DNA of 64,000 nucleotides from positions 3,776,001-3,840,000 of the forward strand of contig CBDFLE010000006.1 of the NCBI GenBank assembly GCA_965248925.1, in the 5' to 3' direction. The notes below the pieces were generated by a model. The model ran no database searches and was not told the DNA's origin. It saw nothing but the letters and a program-made list of their open reading frames with translations. Both the position numbers and the translations under genes were made by a program. The stretch's first letter is position 1. The number at the start of each line of letters is the position of its first letter. Positions 1-8,883 of this stretch are shown piece after piece. The DNA is from Candidatus Multivoradales bacterium (lineage in GTDB: Bacteria > Acidobacteriota > Thermoanaerobaculia > Multivoradales > J023).

Positions 1-250
1 TGTCGGAGGCCCACAGAACATCCCACGGTTTGCGGTCCAGCTCCTCGATCGCTGTTGCCATGCTGATCGGCGCATGACGCATGCGCCACTTCCAGTGATG
101 GGGCGGCAGGGTGAGCAGTTTGAACTGGTGCCGGCTGTGGGCGATCCAACCATCGATGAAAGCGCGATGGCTGCCGCCGTAGTAGGGCTCCAGCGCCAGC
201 ACCCGCAGCGGGGCGGTTGCTTCCTCCGGGGGCTGGTGATCAGGGGCCAT
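1..250 (-). CDS. DUF3524 glycosyltransferase (GTDC1/QTMAN-like), N-terminal part; runs off the window
   Basis: Manual translation from ATG at 250 gives MAPDHQPPEEATAPLRVLALEPYYGGSHRAFIDGW...LPPHHWKWRMRH...WASD. LEPxYGGSH and LPxxxWxWR are DUF3524 motifs. Not in the ORF track because it is truncated. Confidence 0.8.
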   Translation of the reverse strand, partial: MAPDHQPPEEATAPLRVLALEPYYGGSHRAFIDGWIAHSRHQFKLLTLPPHHWKWRMRHAPISMATAIEELDRKPWDVLWASD

Positions 251-264
251 CAACCTGGTTTTGC

Positions 265-2097
265 CTACCCAGATGGGCTTTTGCAGTGTAGGCGAAAGCG
301 CCTTCGCAGCAGGCGGTGCTCGTGCAGAGCAACCTTACGCAGGAGTTCTATCGCCTCTGCTTCGAACCAGCGTCGATGTAGTGCGGTGTGGCGCTCGATC
401 AGCCACCGGCCTTCTTCATCGTGGCTCAGGATCTGCCGCGACTGAGCCACTGCTTCGCTGACTTCTTCGTTGGCCGCCGCTGGCGGGCACCAAGCCGCCG
501 GCAGGCGCAGCCGCCAGCGCGCTTGGTGCGAGCCGGCCAAGAGAGACAGGTCCTGGTCGAGTTCGTCGAGTTCACGCGGTGCCGGCAGGTGGGCGGGGCC
601 GGGCAAGCGCAGCGAGGGGCGAGCATTGGCAGCGCCTTGCACCAGGTCGGTGAACCGAACAGCCGCCTGCACTTCGACGGTGGGGGCCGGGCCGTCGAGC
701 TGGCGCCAGCTGAGCTGGGTCGGCTGGCTGCCCGGAAGCAGGTTGTCGAGTAAGGTGCGCAGCGGTTCGTTGGCCTTCAGCGGTGGCTGTTCTTCGATCG
801 CCTGGGTGAGGGCGCTGGCGACGCGGCCCACCAGGATTAGCTGCAAGTCACCGCTGGCGTCGCCACCCTCGTCGAGTGATAGGTCGAGTTCGAGCCGGCG
901 GCTCTCTTGGGCCGGACGCAAGGGGGTGCGCACCAAGCCGTTGTTGCCATCGCCGATCACCAGGGCGTGTTGTGCTTGCACCCAGGGAGCCAGCCACCCA
1001 GCGTTGCCGCGGGTTTGGGTGGGATCGATGAACAGCAAGCCCTCGGCGACGGGATCCTCGGCCTGGCTGTCGACAGCGCTGGCGTCGAGGGCGACGATCA
1101 AGTGATTGAATTGGTCGGGGGAGGGGAAATCGGGATCGATATCCTCTCTGTAGGAACCACGGATTAGCGCCGGGTAGGCGGCGATGCCAGCTTCGGCGAG
1201 CAGGTCGATCAGCAGCATCGACTTGTCCTTGCAATCGCCCCAACGGCGTTCCAGAACCTCTCCCGAGGGGCTCGGGCGAAAACCGCCGACCCCGACTTCG
1301 ACCGCCACGTAGCGCACCTGGCGGCGAACAAAGGCGACCAGTGCCTCGAGCTGTTGGCGGGAGGAGTCGTGGCCAGCGATCAGCTGCCGGGCCTGAGTCT
1401 TCAAGGCGGCGTCGGCAGGCTCGGTGTCGGCCACTAGGGCTTGGTACCAGCGCTCGACTTCGGCCCAGGTGCCGCTTCTGTCCCAGGCGAAGCGCAGTAG
1501 ATCGCCAGCGGCGGCTTCGAGATCATGGCCGACGATCAGTAGGCGGCCGCTTTGCTCGCTGATCTCCAAGCCTTCGGTGTCGACCTCCTCCAGGCTCCAC
1601 CGCAGCTGCTCGGGGGGGCCGTCGTAGCGGATCTCCAGGTGCAGGTGTTGGGTAGGTTCACTGAGCCTGACCACGTCCCCGCCGCTGGGAAAGTAGGGTT
1701 CAACGACTACGCGGGTGTCGATCTGCACCACCGATCCGGGGGCCAGGGAGCGAAAGCTGAGTACCTCGAACTGTTGGCTGCTGTGCAAAATGCCGCTGCT
1801 CGACAGCTCTATGCGGTCGCGATCGCGCCGCCGCACTTCGACCCGCTTGCCGTGGGCGTTGGTGGAGAATGCCTCGACGCTTTCCAGCTGACGGTTGTCG
1901 TCGAGGTAGATCGGGTAGTTGGTCCAGCTTTCGAGATCGCTGGCGTGGTCTAGCCGGACTCGCAGCAGCTGATGCTCACGCACCACTCCGTCGGCGGCGA
2001 TGTGGACCTCTAATCGTCGCTCAAGGATGGTTGCCGCGCTCGCCGGCAGGGCGAGCAGCAGACTACTGGCGCACCAGAACCAGACTCTGCGCATCAT
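265..2097 (-). CDS. DUF3857/transglutaminase-like secreted protein, catalytic residues present
   Basis: Signal peptide MMRRVWFWCASSLLLALPASA; motifs VRYVAVEVG, RWGDCKDK, QFNH, IDPT. Confidence 0.85.
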   Translation of the reverse strand: MMRRVWFWCASSLLLALPASAATILERRLEVHIAADGVVREHQLLRVRLDHASDLESWTNYPIYLDDNRQLESVEAFSTNAHGKRVEVRRRDRDRIELSSSGILHSSQQFEVLSFRSLAPGSVVQIDTRVVVEPYFPSGGDVVRLSEPTQHLHLEIRYDGPPEQLRWSLEEVDTEGLEISEQSGRLLIVGHDLEAAAGDLLRFAWDRSGTWAEVERWYQALVADTEPADAALKTQARQLIAGHDSSRQQLEALVAFVRRQVRYVAVEVGVGGFRPSPSGEVLERRWGDCKDKSMLLIDLLAEAGIAAYPALIRGSYREDIDPDFPSPDQFNHLIVALDASAVDSQAEDPVAEGLLFIDPTQTRGNAGWLAPWVQAQHALVIGDGNNGLVRTPLRPAQESRRLELDLSLDEGGDASGDLQLILVGRVASALTQAIEEQPPLKANEPLRTLLDNLLPGSQPTQLSWRQLDGPAPTVEVQAAVRFTDLVQGAANARPSLRLPGPAHLPAPRELDELDQDLSLLAGSHQARWRLRLPAAWCPPAAANEEVSEAVAQSRQILSHDEEGRWLIERHTALHRRWFEAEAIELLRKVALHEHRLLRRRFRLHCKSPSG

Positions 2098-3994
2098 GAC
2101 GGGCGGCGGTGGAGAATTGCTCGCGCAGGGCGCCATAGCGCTGGCGACCGATGACGGCGACTGAACTGAGGTCGAAGCGTCGTTTGTATTCGACTCGGCG
2201 TTGCCCCTCGTCGACCTGCACCTCGTAGCTCAGCGCTCCGTCACGGTGATCGAGGGTGGTGGTCTCGGGTAGCAGGTCGATTTCCCATCCTTCAGGCCAG
2301 GTGACCTGGAGCGAGACCTGGTCGCGATCGGTAAAGGCGAGGAGTAGGGGGGTGGCCCGTTGTCCGGGCGGTTGATCGAAGATCTGAGTCAATGGACCGA
2401 ACGGGCGGCTGGGCTCGATGGTGGCTTCGTTGCCGAGCACTGTTTCCTCATGCTGCAGCAGCCCCCAGGTCAGTCCGACGGTGGTCGTCGCCACCGATTC
2501 CGCGACCTTTAGTTCACTGATTTCGAAATCTTCGAAGATTGCTTCCAACCATTCCTGCCATGCCTCGGTGGTGCCTTCCGGATCGTCCTGCCAGGCCAAT
2601 CGACGCCAGGCGTGGTGGCCGCTGAGCTGGAGTTCGCCGCTGCCGCTCAAGCGGCCCTCCGGGTCCAAAACCAGCTTGATCTGGGCCTGGCGCTGGCTGG
2701 CGGTGTAGGGGGTCTGGGGCAGAGCCACCAACTGCGGCTTGCGGCGGTCAACGATCAGCGCCTCGGTGCCTTCGAAGAAGGGAGCCAGGCGGCCAAAAGC
2801 GAGCTGCCGATCGCTGGGATCGAGGAAAATGCGTTGGTCGCCGAGGATCAGGGTCACCAGGGTGCGGTCAAACCACCAGGGATTGGCGACGCTGGTGTCG
2901 ATCTCCCCATCGGTGCGGTCGGCGGCCCACAACAGCTGGGCGTCGAGGCCGGCGGCATCGAGCATCACTTGCAGCAGCAGAGCTTTCTCGGTGATCAATC
3001 CCCGGCGCTTCTTGAGCACGCCATCGACGCTGGAATTGTTACCGAGATTGATCCAGCCTGTGGGCTCGGAGAGGATCTCGTCGCGGACGAAGCGGTAGAG
3101 GATCTCCGCCCGTTGGCGAGGATCTTTGGTGCTGGCCACCAGATCTTTGGCTTGCTTCTTGGCCGCTCTGCTGCGGCGACGGGCTTGGCCGTAGATCTCG
3201 GTTTCGAAGGTGCCACACACCGACTTCCAGCTGTCGAGCAGGGGCACCGGAGTGCTGTTGACCACCACTGTCTTGGGCACCAGCATGAAGCGGCTGGAGA
3301 GATCGGCATCGGGAAAAGCCCAGGGCTCCCGCGGCAGGCTGGGTAAGTCTTCCATCCACACTCGTAGCGAGAGGCCGCGGGTGGATTTCTGGTCGTCGAA
3401 TTGGATCTTGCGTTTACTGGTTTCGTTGCCCCAAGGCTCGAGGCCGAGGTTGTCGGGTTTGTCGTAAGTGATTTCCGACAGTAGGGTGGGTAGGTGGTTG
3501 TCGAAGAACCAGGGTTCGAGGTAGTAAAACGAGTCCCAGCGCACGACATAGTGGTAATCGAGAATCGCCCCCACCTGCACCGAGGGAAAGACCACTTTGG
3601 TGACGAAAGTGTTCTCTGCCCGCGAGGCTTGTTGCACGAAGATCGAGCCCTCGGGCACCGGTACCACGGTGCCATCGGGCAAGACGGTGCGGGCCTCCAG
3701 GCTCTTGAGGCGCAGGAAGTTACTGTGCCCGATGGCGACCTCGCCATGCTCGGCCCCTTCTTCGCGCAGGATCTTGAGCCGCACCTGGACATCGAGGAAC
3801 GACGACACCTCGCGGGGATAGTCGAGCATCTTCATCCGTGCCCGCTTGAACAGCACCACGGCAGTGGCCTCGGGCTGCCAGGCAACTTGCTCCAGGGCGC
3901 GCTCGGCATCACTGATCGGGGCGAAATCGGCGCTCGCCGCCGGGCGGGCTGCCAGGGCGAGCAAGAAGGCCAGGCAGAGGTTGATCTTGGGCAT
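2063..3994 (-). CDS. DUF3857/transglutaminase-like secreted protein, probably non-catalytic paralog
   Basis: Signal peptide; FPSVQVGAILDY; YRFVRDEI; GLITEK in place of GDCKDK; FLDP. Confidence 0.8.
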   Translation of the reverse strand: MPKINLCLAFLLALAARPAASADFAPISDAERALEQVAWQPEATAVVLFKRARMKMLDYPREVSSFLDVQVRLKILREEGAEHGEVAIGHSNFLRLKSLEARTVLPDGTVVPVPEGSIFVQQASRAENTFVTKVVFPSVQVGAILDYHYVVRWDSFYYLEPWFFDNHLPTLLSEITYDKPDNLGLEPWGNETSKRKIQFDDQKSTRGLSLRVWMEDLPSLPREPWAFPDADLSSRFMLVPKTVVVNSTPVPLLDSWKSVCGTFETEIYGQARRRSRAAKKQAKDLVASTKDPRQRAEILYRFVRDEILSEPTGWINLGNNSSVDGVLKKRRGLITEKALLLQVMLDAAGLDAQLLWAADRTDGEIDTSVANPWWFDRTLVTLILGDQRIFLDPSDRQLAFGRLAPFFEGTEALIVDRRKPQLVALPQTPYTASQRQAQIKLVLDPEGRLSGSGELQLSGHHAWRRLAWQDDPEGTTEAWQEWLEAIFEDFEISELKVAESVATTTVGLTWGLLQHEETVLGNEATIEPSRPFGPLTQIFDQPPGQRATPLLLAFTDRDQVSLQVTWPEGWEIDLLPETTTLDHRDGALSYEVQVDEGQRRVEYKRRFDLSSVAVIGRQRYGALREQFSTAARHDAQSLVLVRQ

Positions 3995-4166
3995 GGAATC
4001 CTTCCGTTGAACCTGCGAGGGTGGTGGTGCAAGCTGTTCTCACTACTCTCAGGCGTCCGAGACGTCAGATTGTTACACGCCAGGAGAAGTTTCTTCATGC
4101 TCCGGCCCTATGATCTGCCCCTCGTGTCGATCTCACGTTGATCTCGAGGCAGCAGCTGAGGGAGTC

Positions 4167-4931
4167 ATGGGCAGAGCACACCTGATCGAAATCCACGAAC
4201 AGAGCTGGTGCCCGTCACCGGTGCGCGACGGCGCCACCGACTTCCTACGCTTCTTCGTCGCCACCTTTCATCCCTACGCGGCGGTAGCCGAGCGTCTGCT
4301 GGCGGCGGCGCGCTCGTCGTCTCCTGGCGGGGGGGTGGTCGATCTGTGCTCAGGCGGTGGCGGCCCCTGGCCTCGGCTGCTCGAAGGGCTGCAGGCTGAG
4401 GAACGACCGCGGGTCGTGCTGACCGATTTCTTTCCCAACACTCGGGCGGGCGAGTTAGAGACCGAGTGGCTTAGCTACCGTCTAGAGCCGGTCGATGCCC
4501 GGGCCGTGGCGGAGGATCTGTCGGGTTTCCGCACCCTTTTCGCCTCCTTCCATCACTTCCGCCCCGACGATGCGGCGGCGATCCTTCGCGACGCCGTCGA
4601 GCAGGGCGAAGGAATCGCCATCTGCGAGCTCGGCGCCCGCAAGCTGAGTAGCATGGCAGGGGTTTTTCTGCTGACCCTGCTGCATCTGCTGAGCGTACCC
4701 TGGCAACGCCCCTTCCGCTGGTCCCGTCTTTTTTGGACCTACTTACTGCCCGCGATCCCGCTAGTGCTGTGCTTCGACGGCCTGGTTTCCTGCCTGCGAA
4801 CCTACTCACCCGCCGAACTCGAACGGATGGTCGAGGGCATCCCAAGTGAGGGATATCGCTGGCAAGTGGGCGAAGAGAAGATGGGCTGGCTGCCCCTGCG
4901 AGTGACCTATCTGATCGGCACGCCAGGGTGA
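4167..4931 (+). CDS. Class I SAM-dependent methyltransferase-like protein
   Basis: VVDLCSGGGGP, VLTDFFP, SFHHF motifs; GGAG RBS before ATG 4167. Confidence 0.8.
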   Translation: MGRAHLIEIHEQSWCPSPVRDGATDFLRFFVATFHPYAAVAERLLAAARSSSPGGGVVDLCSGGGGPWPRLLEGLQAEERPRVVLTDFFPNTRAGELETEWLSYRLEPVDARAVAEDLSGFRTLFASFHHFRPDDAAAILRDAVEQGEGIAICELGARKLSSMAGVFLLTLLHLLSVPWQRPFRWSRLFWTYLLPAIPLVLCFDGLVSCLRTYSPAELERMVEGIPSEGYRWQVGEEKMGWLPLRVTYLIGTPG

Positions 4932-4942
4932 TGGTTGGTTTT

Positions 4943-5992
4943 TCAGGACCTTGCGGAGTTGGCGGGCGAGCTGTCCGCGAGTCGCTGTTCGAGCTTTTGC
5001 AAGTAGGCGGTGTCCTTTGCTAGATCGGGATGCGAGGTTTCTTTGTCGATCTCGACGGTGACCTTGGCCAGCTCGATGGCTTGCGGAAGGTCTCCGCGCC
5101 GCTCGTGTTCCAATGCCAGGTTCCTTGAGGTCACGCCTTCCCCAGCCCTGTCCCCGATCTCCTTTCTGATGTCCAGAGATAGGTGATAGTGGGCTAGTGC
5201 TTCCGGTAGTTGTGAACTCAGCTGCAATGCAAAGCCTAGGGCATGCTCAAGATCAGCCAGAAGCTTTCCGGGCTGGCCGGGCAGTAGGCCGATTCCTTCG
5301 AAAGCAACGTCGGCGGCAAGCTTCTGTGCCCGCCGCCGCCTGAGCCATTGAGAAAGGTTGAGTAGCAAGGCGGCTTGGTCTTCGGGTTTGGCGGATTGCT
5401 GGGCAAGTTTGCGAACTTGTGCGATGTGCTCGCGGATCTCCTGCTGGCCGCTCTCGGGCAAGGCCAGCTGATCGATTTTCGCGGGCAGCTCTTGCCAGAC
5501 GCTTTTCCCGGCCATTCGTCGGTGGGTCAACCAGTAGGTGTGGTGGCGGAAGTCCCACAGGTCACCGGCACGAGTGATCAGAGCTTCGGCTTCGGCGGAG
5601 TGTAGGAAGAGCACCCAGCGTAGGCGGCGCTCGGCCATCCGATCGCGGTGGAGGTTGAGGTAGTCGAGAAAGGCGCCTTGCGACCGACTGCCACTTTCTT
5701 CTCGGGGTAAGGCGGTGACTAGATTTAAGGTTTCGGCGCCGTGCTCCGCCAGGGCGCCATAGAGCTTGCCGGTGCCATGTTCTGGGTGGTGGGCCGGGTC
5801 GTAAGTGCGGGAGGGCAGGCCGGCTTCGCCCAAGGTGGCGCGTAGGGTGTCGAGGAAGCTCAGCTTGTCGGCTTCGTGCTCGTAGTGGATCAGCAGGAAG
5901 AGAGGCAGGTCGGCTTTGATCGCCGCCTGGTGCTGCTCGCCGACCTGTGCCGCGATGGCAGTGTACTCTTCGTCCGCTGCAGAATCAGTCAT
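4943..5992 (-). CDS. TPR protein with N-terminal degenerate NTPase-like region
   Basis: C-terminal TPR (ALAHYHLSLDIRKEIGDRAGEG); N-terminal LNLHRD...AGDLWDFR; start overlaps the upstream ATPase stop. Confidence 0.75.
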   Translation of the reverse strand: MTDSAADEEYTAIAAQVGEQHQAAIKADLPLFLLIHYEHEADKLSFLDTLRATLGEAGLPSRTYDPAHHPEHGTGKLYGALAEHGAETLNLVTALPREESGSRSQGAFLDYLNLHRDRMAERRLRWVLFLHSAEAEALITRAGDLWDFRHHTYWLTHRRMAGKSVWQELPAKIDQLALPESGQQEIREHIAQVRKLAQQSAKPEDQAALLLNLSQWLRRRRAQKLAADVAFEGIGLLPGQPGKLLADLEHALGFALQLSSQLPEALAHYHLSLDIRKEIGDRAGEGVTSRNLALEHERRGDLPQAIELAKVTVEIDKETSHPDLAKDTAYLQKLEQRLADSSPANSARS

Positions 5993-7271
5993 TGGGCTCA
6001 GGCAGGCCGCGGACATAGGCTTTTAGCGGATAGCGCAGGTCGAGCCACAGCTCGTCGTTTTCGTATTCCACTACGGCCCGCGATTGCAGGAAGGGTTCGA
6101 CCCCCGGCACCCAGCCGGTTGGGCTGCCGAGTACCGCCTGCAGCACACCGATGGCATTACCGCGAATCATGGGCTGGTATTCCTTCTTTATCTGGCTGAA
6201 GACCTGTGCCAAATCTTCTTCACTCACCGCCTCGCCGCTGCGTAGCAGGGCGTAGGTGGCGGCTTCGCGGATCACTCGGGCGGTTTCGCGGAACAGCCCA
6301 CCGCCTAATAACAGGATCTCGTCGAAGAGGCTCTCGGACAGCACTCGCGGATCGGCCAGCCGGCACTTGATGAATTCCCTCATCAGTCGATAACCGGGCA
6401 GCTTACCGTCTGGATTGGGACGATCGCGCAATCTGCTGACGTGGGAGTAGAGTCGAGCAGCCGGGAAGGCATAGATCTGATCTAGCGGAATGCGACTGCC
6501 GGGCAGGGCGCGAAAGTAGACCGGCAGGGTGTAGATGATCGATAGCCGTGGCTGTACCAGGGTCTCGTAGTGCTCCTGGAAGAGCCGCTGGTGCATTTCC
6601 TTGTGGGCTGATGACTCCACTTTTTCCAGATCGTCGACGATCACCAACACTTCGCGTCCGGAGCGGTTCTCCACGTCCTGCGCCAAGCGGTTGACGATGC
6701 CGATCAGGTCCTGCACCCGCGGCTCGAGGATCTGCTTCTGCTCGGTCCTCCACTCCCTCCGGGTCTTGAGCATCGCCCTGAAGTAGGCCAGCCAGGCGTT
6801 TCCCCCGGCGCCAGCTTCGGCCTCGGCAGCCTCGCTCTTGAGGAAGGTCTTGACCACCTCCTGCCCCCAGCGATCGAGTTCGCCAGCCAGCTTGGTGGGC
6901 ATGCCATGCTCCTCGCCGAGCCGCACCAGGCCGCGGCCGATCTCCACCAGCAAGCCGTCGTGGGTCAGATGTACCGAGTCGTTGCCGAACTCAGCGGTGG
7001 TGAGGAAGATGGTGAGGTAGCGCTGCTGAATCTCCTCGGAGGCGGCCAGGCGGCGCAACTCAGTGGTCTTGCCGCTGCCGCGATGGCCGCAGAGGAAGGC
7101 GTGCAGCGGTTCGAAGCAGCCGCTGAGGTCGAGTTTTAAGCGCAGCAGCGCCTGCTCGTCGCGCTCGACATAGAGATCAGACTTTGGATCGACGGCTAGT
7201 TGCGGGTCGAAAACGATCCGCAAATCTCTCAGGCTGGTGGCCTTCTCGGGCCTGTTGGTGGGCGGGAGCAT
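5985..7271 (-). CDS. P-loop AAA-like ATPase
   Basis: Walker A GHRGSGKT, Walker B VIVDDLEK, GGGLFRE motif. Confidence 0.85.
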   Translation of the reverse strand: MLPPTNRPEKATSLRDLRIVFDPQLAVDPKSDLYVERDEQALLRLKLDLSGCFEPLHAFLCGHRGSGKTTELRRLAASEEIQQRYLTIFLTTAEFGNDSVHLTHDGLLVEIGRGLVRLGEEHGMPTKLAGELDRWGQEVVKTFLKSEAAEAEAGAGGNAWLAYFRAMLKTRREWRTEQKQILEPRVQDLIGIVNRLAQDVENRSGREVLVIVDDLEKVESSAHKEMHQRLFQEHYETLVQPRLSIIYTLPVYFRALPGSRIPLDQIYAFPAARLYSHVSRLRDRPNPDGKLPGYRLMREFIKCRLADPRVLSESLFDEILLLGGGLFRETARVIREAATYALLRSGEAVSEEDLAQVFSQIKKEYQPMIRGNAIGVLQAVLGSPTGWVPGVEPFLQSRAVVEYENDELWLDLRYPLKAYVRGLPEPND

Positions 7272-7320
7272 GGCTCATTCTAGCGCATGCTGATCGCGCC
7301 ACTACCGGGTTTTAGCCGGC

Positions 7321-8748
7321 TCAAGCAGTGCTGGCTTCGATTTCGATGTGGCGCCAGCCGCCTTGGCGGAAACGGGCCATGGACAGCAAGCAGCGGGTCA
7401 GGTGACCGGCGACGATGGCGCTCCAGATGTGGTGTGGCTGGAGAATGCCGGTGGCGTCGAAGAAGGCGCAGATGGCTAGCGGTAGGGCGAGTTGCGATAC
7501 CAGAGTGATGTACATCGGGCTGCGGGTGTCGCCGCTGCCTTGCAGAGCGCCGGTGTAGGCCAGGGCGGTGGTCAGGAAGATGCCCGTAATACTGAGGAAG
7601 CTCAGCAGCTGGCGCCCCAGCGCCACCACCGCCGGCTCGCGCAGGTCGAAGAGACCGAGCAGGGGGCCAGGCATGAGCAGGAAGAGCAGCCCCACGGGAA
7701 TTGCTGCCGCCAGGCCGAGCAAGGAGGCGGTGCGGGGGGTGGCGCTGGCTCGCTCTGGCAACTTGGCGCCCAGGCTCTGACCGGCGATGGTCGAGGACGC
7801 CGCCATCAACGCCACGGAGGAGAAGGTGACGAACGAGAACAGCTGGGTGTAGCCGACGGTGTAGATCGCCTGCGCCTTGGCGCTTTCGTCGAGGGAACCG
7901 ATGAAGCGCAGCAGCAGCACGCCGCCGATATTCATCGCGATGCCCTGAAAGCCGGTGGGCAGGCCGAAACGGAAGATCGAGCGAATCGTCGCCAGGTGAG
8001 GGCGCAAGCCCATGCCGAGGGAGAAGCGCACCACCAACTTACCCTTGAACAACAACCACAGCGCCCAGGCGGAGACGATGGCCGAGGAAATCACCGTGCC
8101 CATGGCCGCGCCCAGGGTGCCAAAGGCTGGAATCGGGCCGAGGCCGCGAATCAGTACTACGTTGAGCAATAGGTTGAGCACGGTCATCACCACGCCGAGG
8201 CGTAGCGGCGTCTTGGCGTCGCCAGCAGCGCGCAGGGCGCCGCCGAGGAGGAAAAAGAAGAGCATGCCGATGCTGAAGACGAACATGGTCGTCAAGTAGG
8301 GCAGGGCTTCGGCCTTGACTTCGGGTGAGGCGTTGACGAAGTCGAGTAGCTGGGGGGTGAGAAAGAAGCCCAACGGGGCGAGCAGGAAGAGATGAAACAG
8401 CACCGCGGTGATGAAACCCTGGTAGACCACCCGATTGACCTTCTCCGGCTCTTCGGCACCGGCATAGCGCGCCACCAACACCCCCATGCCGGTGAACACC
8501 GAACCGAGAAATACCACCACCACCAGAAAGATCTGCCAGCTGACGCCGATCGCCGCGTTGCCGGAGTAGCCAACGAAGCGGCCCACCATGACGTGATCGA
8601 CCACCCCTTGCAGGCCGGCGATCAGGTTCTGTAGCAGGCTCGGCCAGGCGATCTTCCACACCGCGCCGAGCAACGGGCCTTGGGTTAGGGAGCGGTCGAA
8701 GGAGCCATTCTTGGCGGCGGGCTGGGGTGAGTTTTTCTCTGTAGACAT
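7321..8748 (-). CDS. MATE family efflux transporter
   Basis: Multiple TM segments; LRAAGDAKTP and LQGSGDTRSP MatE repeats. Confidence 0.92.
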   Translation of the reverse strand: MSTEKNSPQPAAKNGSFDRSLTQGPLLGAVWKIAWPSLLQNLIAGLQGVVDHVMVGRFVGYSGNAAIGVSWQIFLVVVVFLGSVFTGMGVLVARYAGAEEPEKVNRVVYQGFITAVLFHLFLLAPLGFFLTPQLLDFVNASPEVKAEALPYLTTMFVFSIGMLFFFLLGGALRAAGDAKTPLRLGVVMTVLNLLLNVVLIRGLGPIPAFGTLGAAMGTVISSAIVSAWALWLLFKGKLVVRFSLGMGLRPHLATIRSIFRFGLPTGFQGIAMNIGGVLLLRFIGSLDESAKAQAIYTVGYTQLFSFVTFSSVALMAASSTIAGQSLGAKLPERASATPRTASLLGLAAAIPVGLLFLLMPGPLLGLFDLREPAVVALGRQLLSFLSITGIFLTTALAYTGALQGSGDTRSPMYITLVSQLALPLAICAFFDATGILQPHHIWSAIVAGHLTRCLLSMARFRQGGWRHIEIEASTA

Positions 8749-8809
8749 AGGCGGCGGCAGGATAGCGTGTTCGGTCGGCGAAAAATCGCAGCTTGCTCGA
8801 TTGCCAACG

Positions 8810-8838
8810 AAAAAGGCCGGCGGAAGTTGCCGCCGGCC
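8810..8838 (-). terminator. Rho-independent terminator of lon
   Basis: GGCCGGCGG-6nt-CCGCCGGCC stem followed by TTTTT on the minus strand, 45 nt after the lon stop. Confidence 0.75.
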
Positions 8839-8883
8839 GTGCTATTGGCTGCTAATTGTTTCTATTCGCTATCCCGGAGAGGG

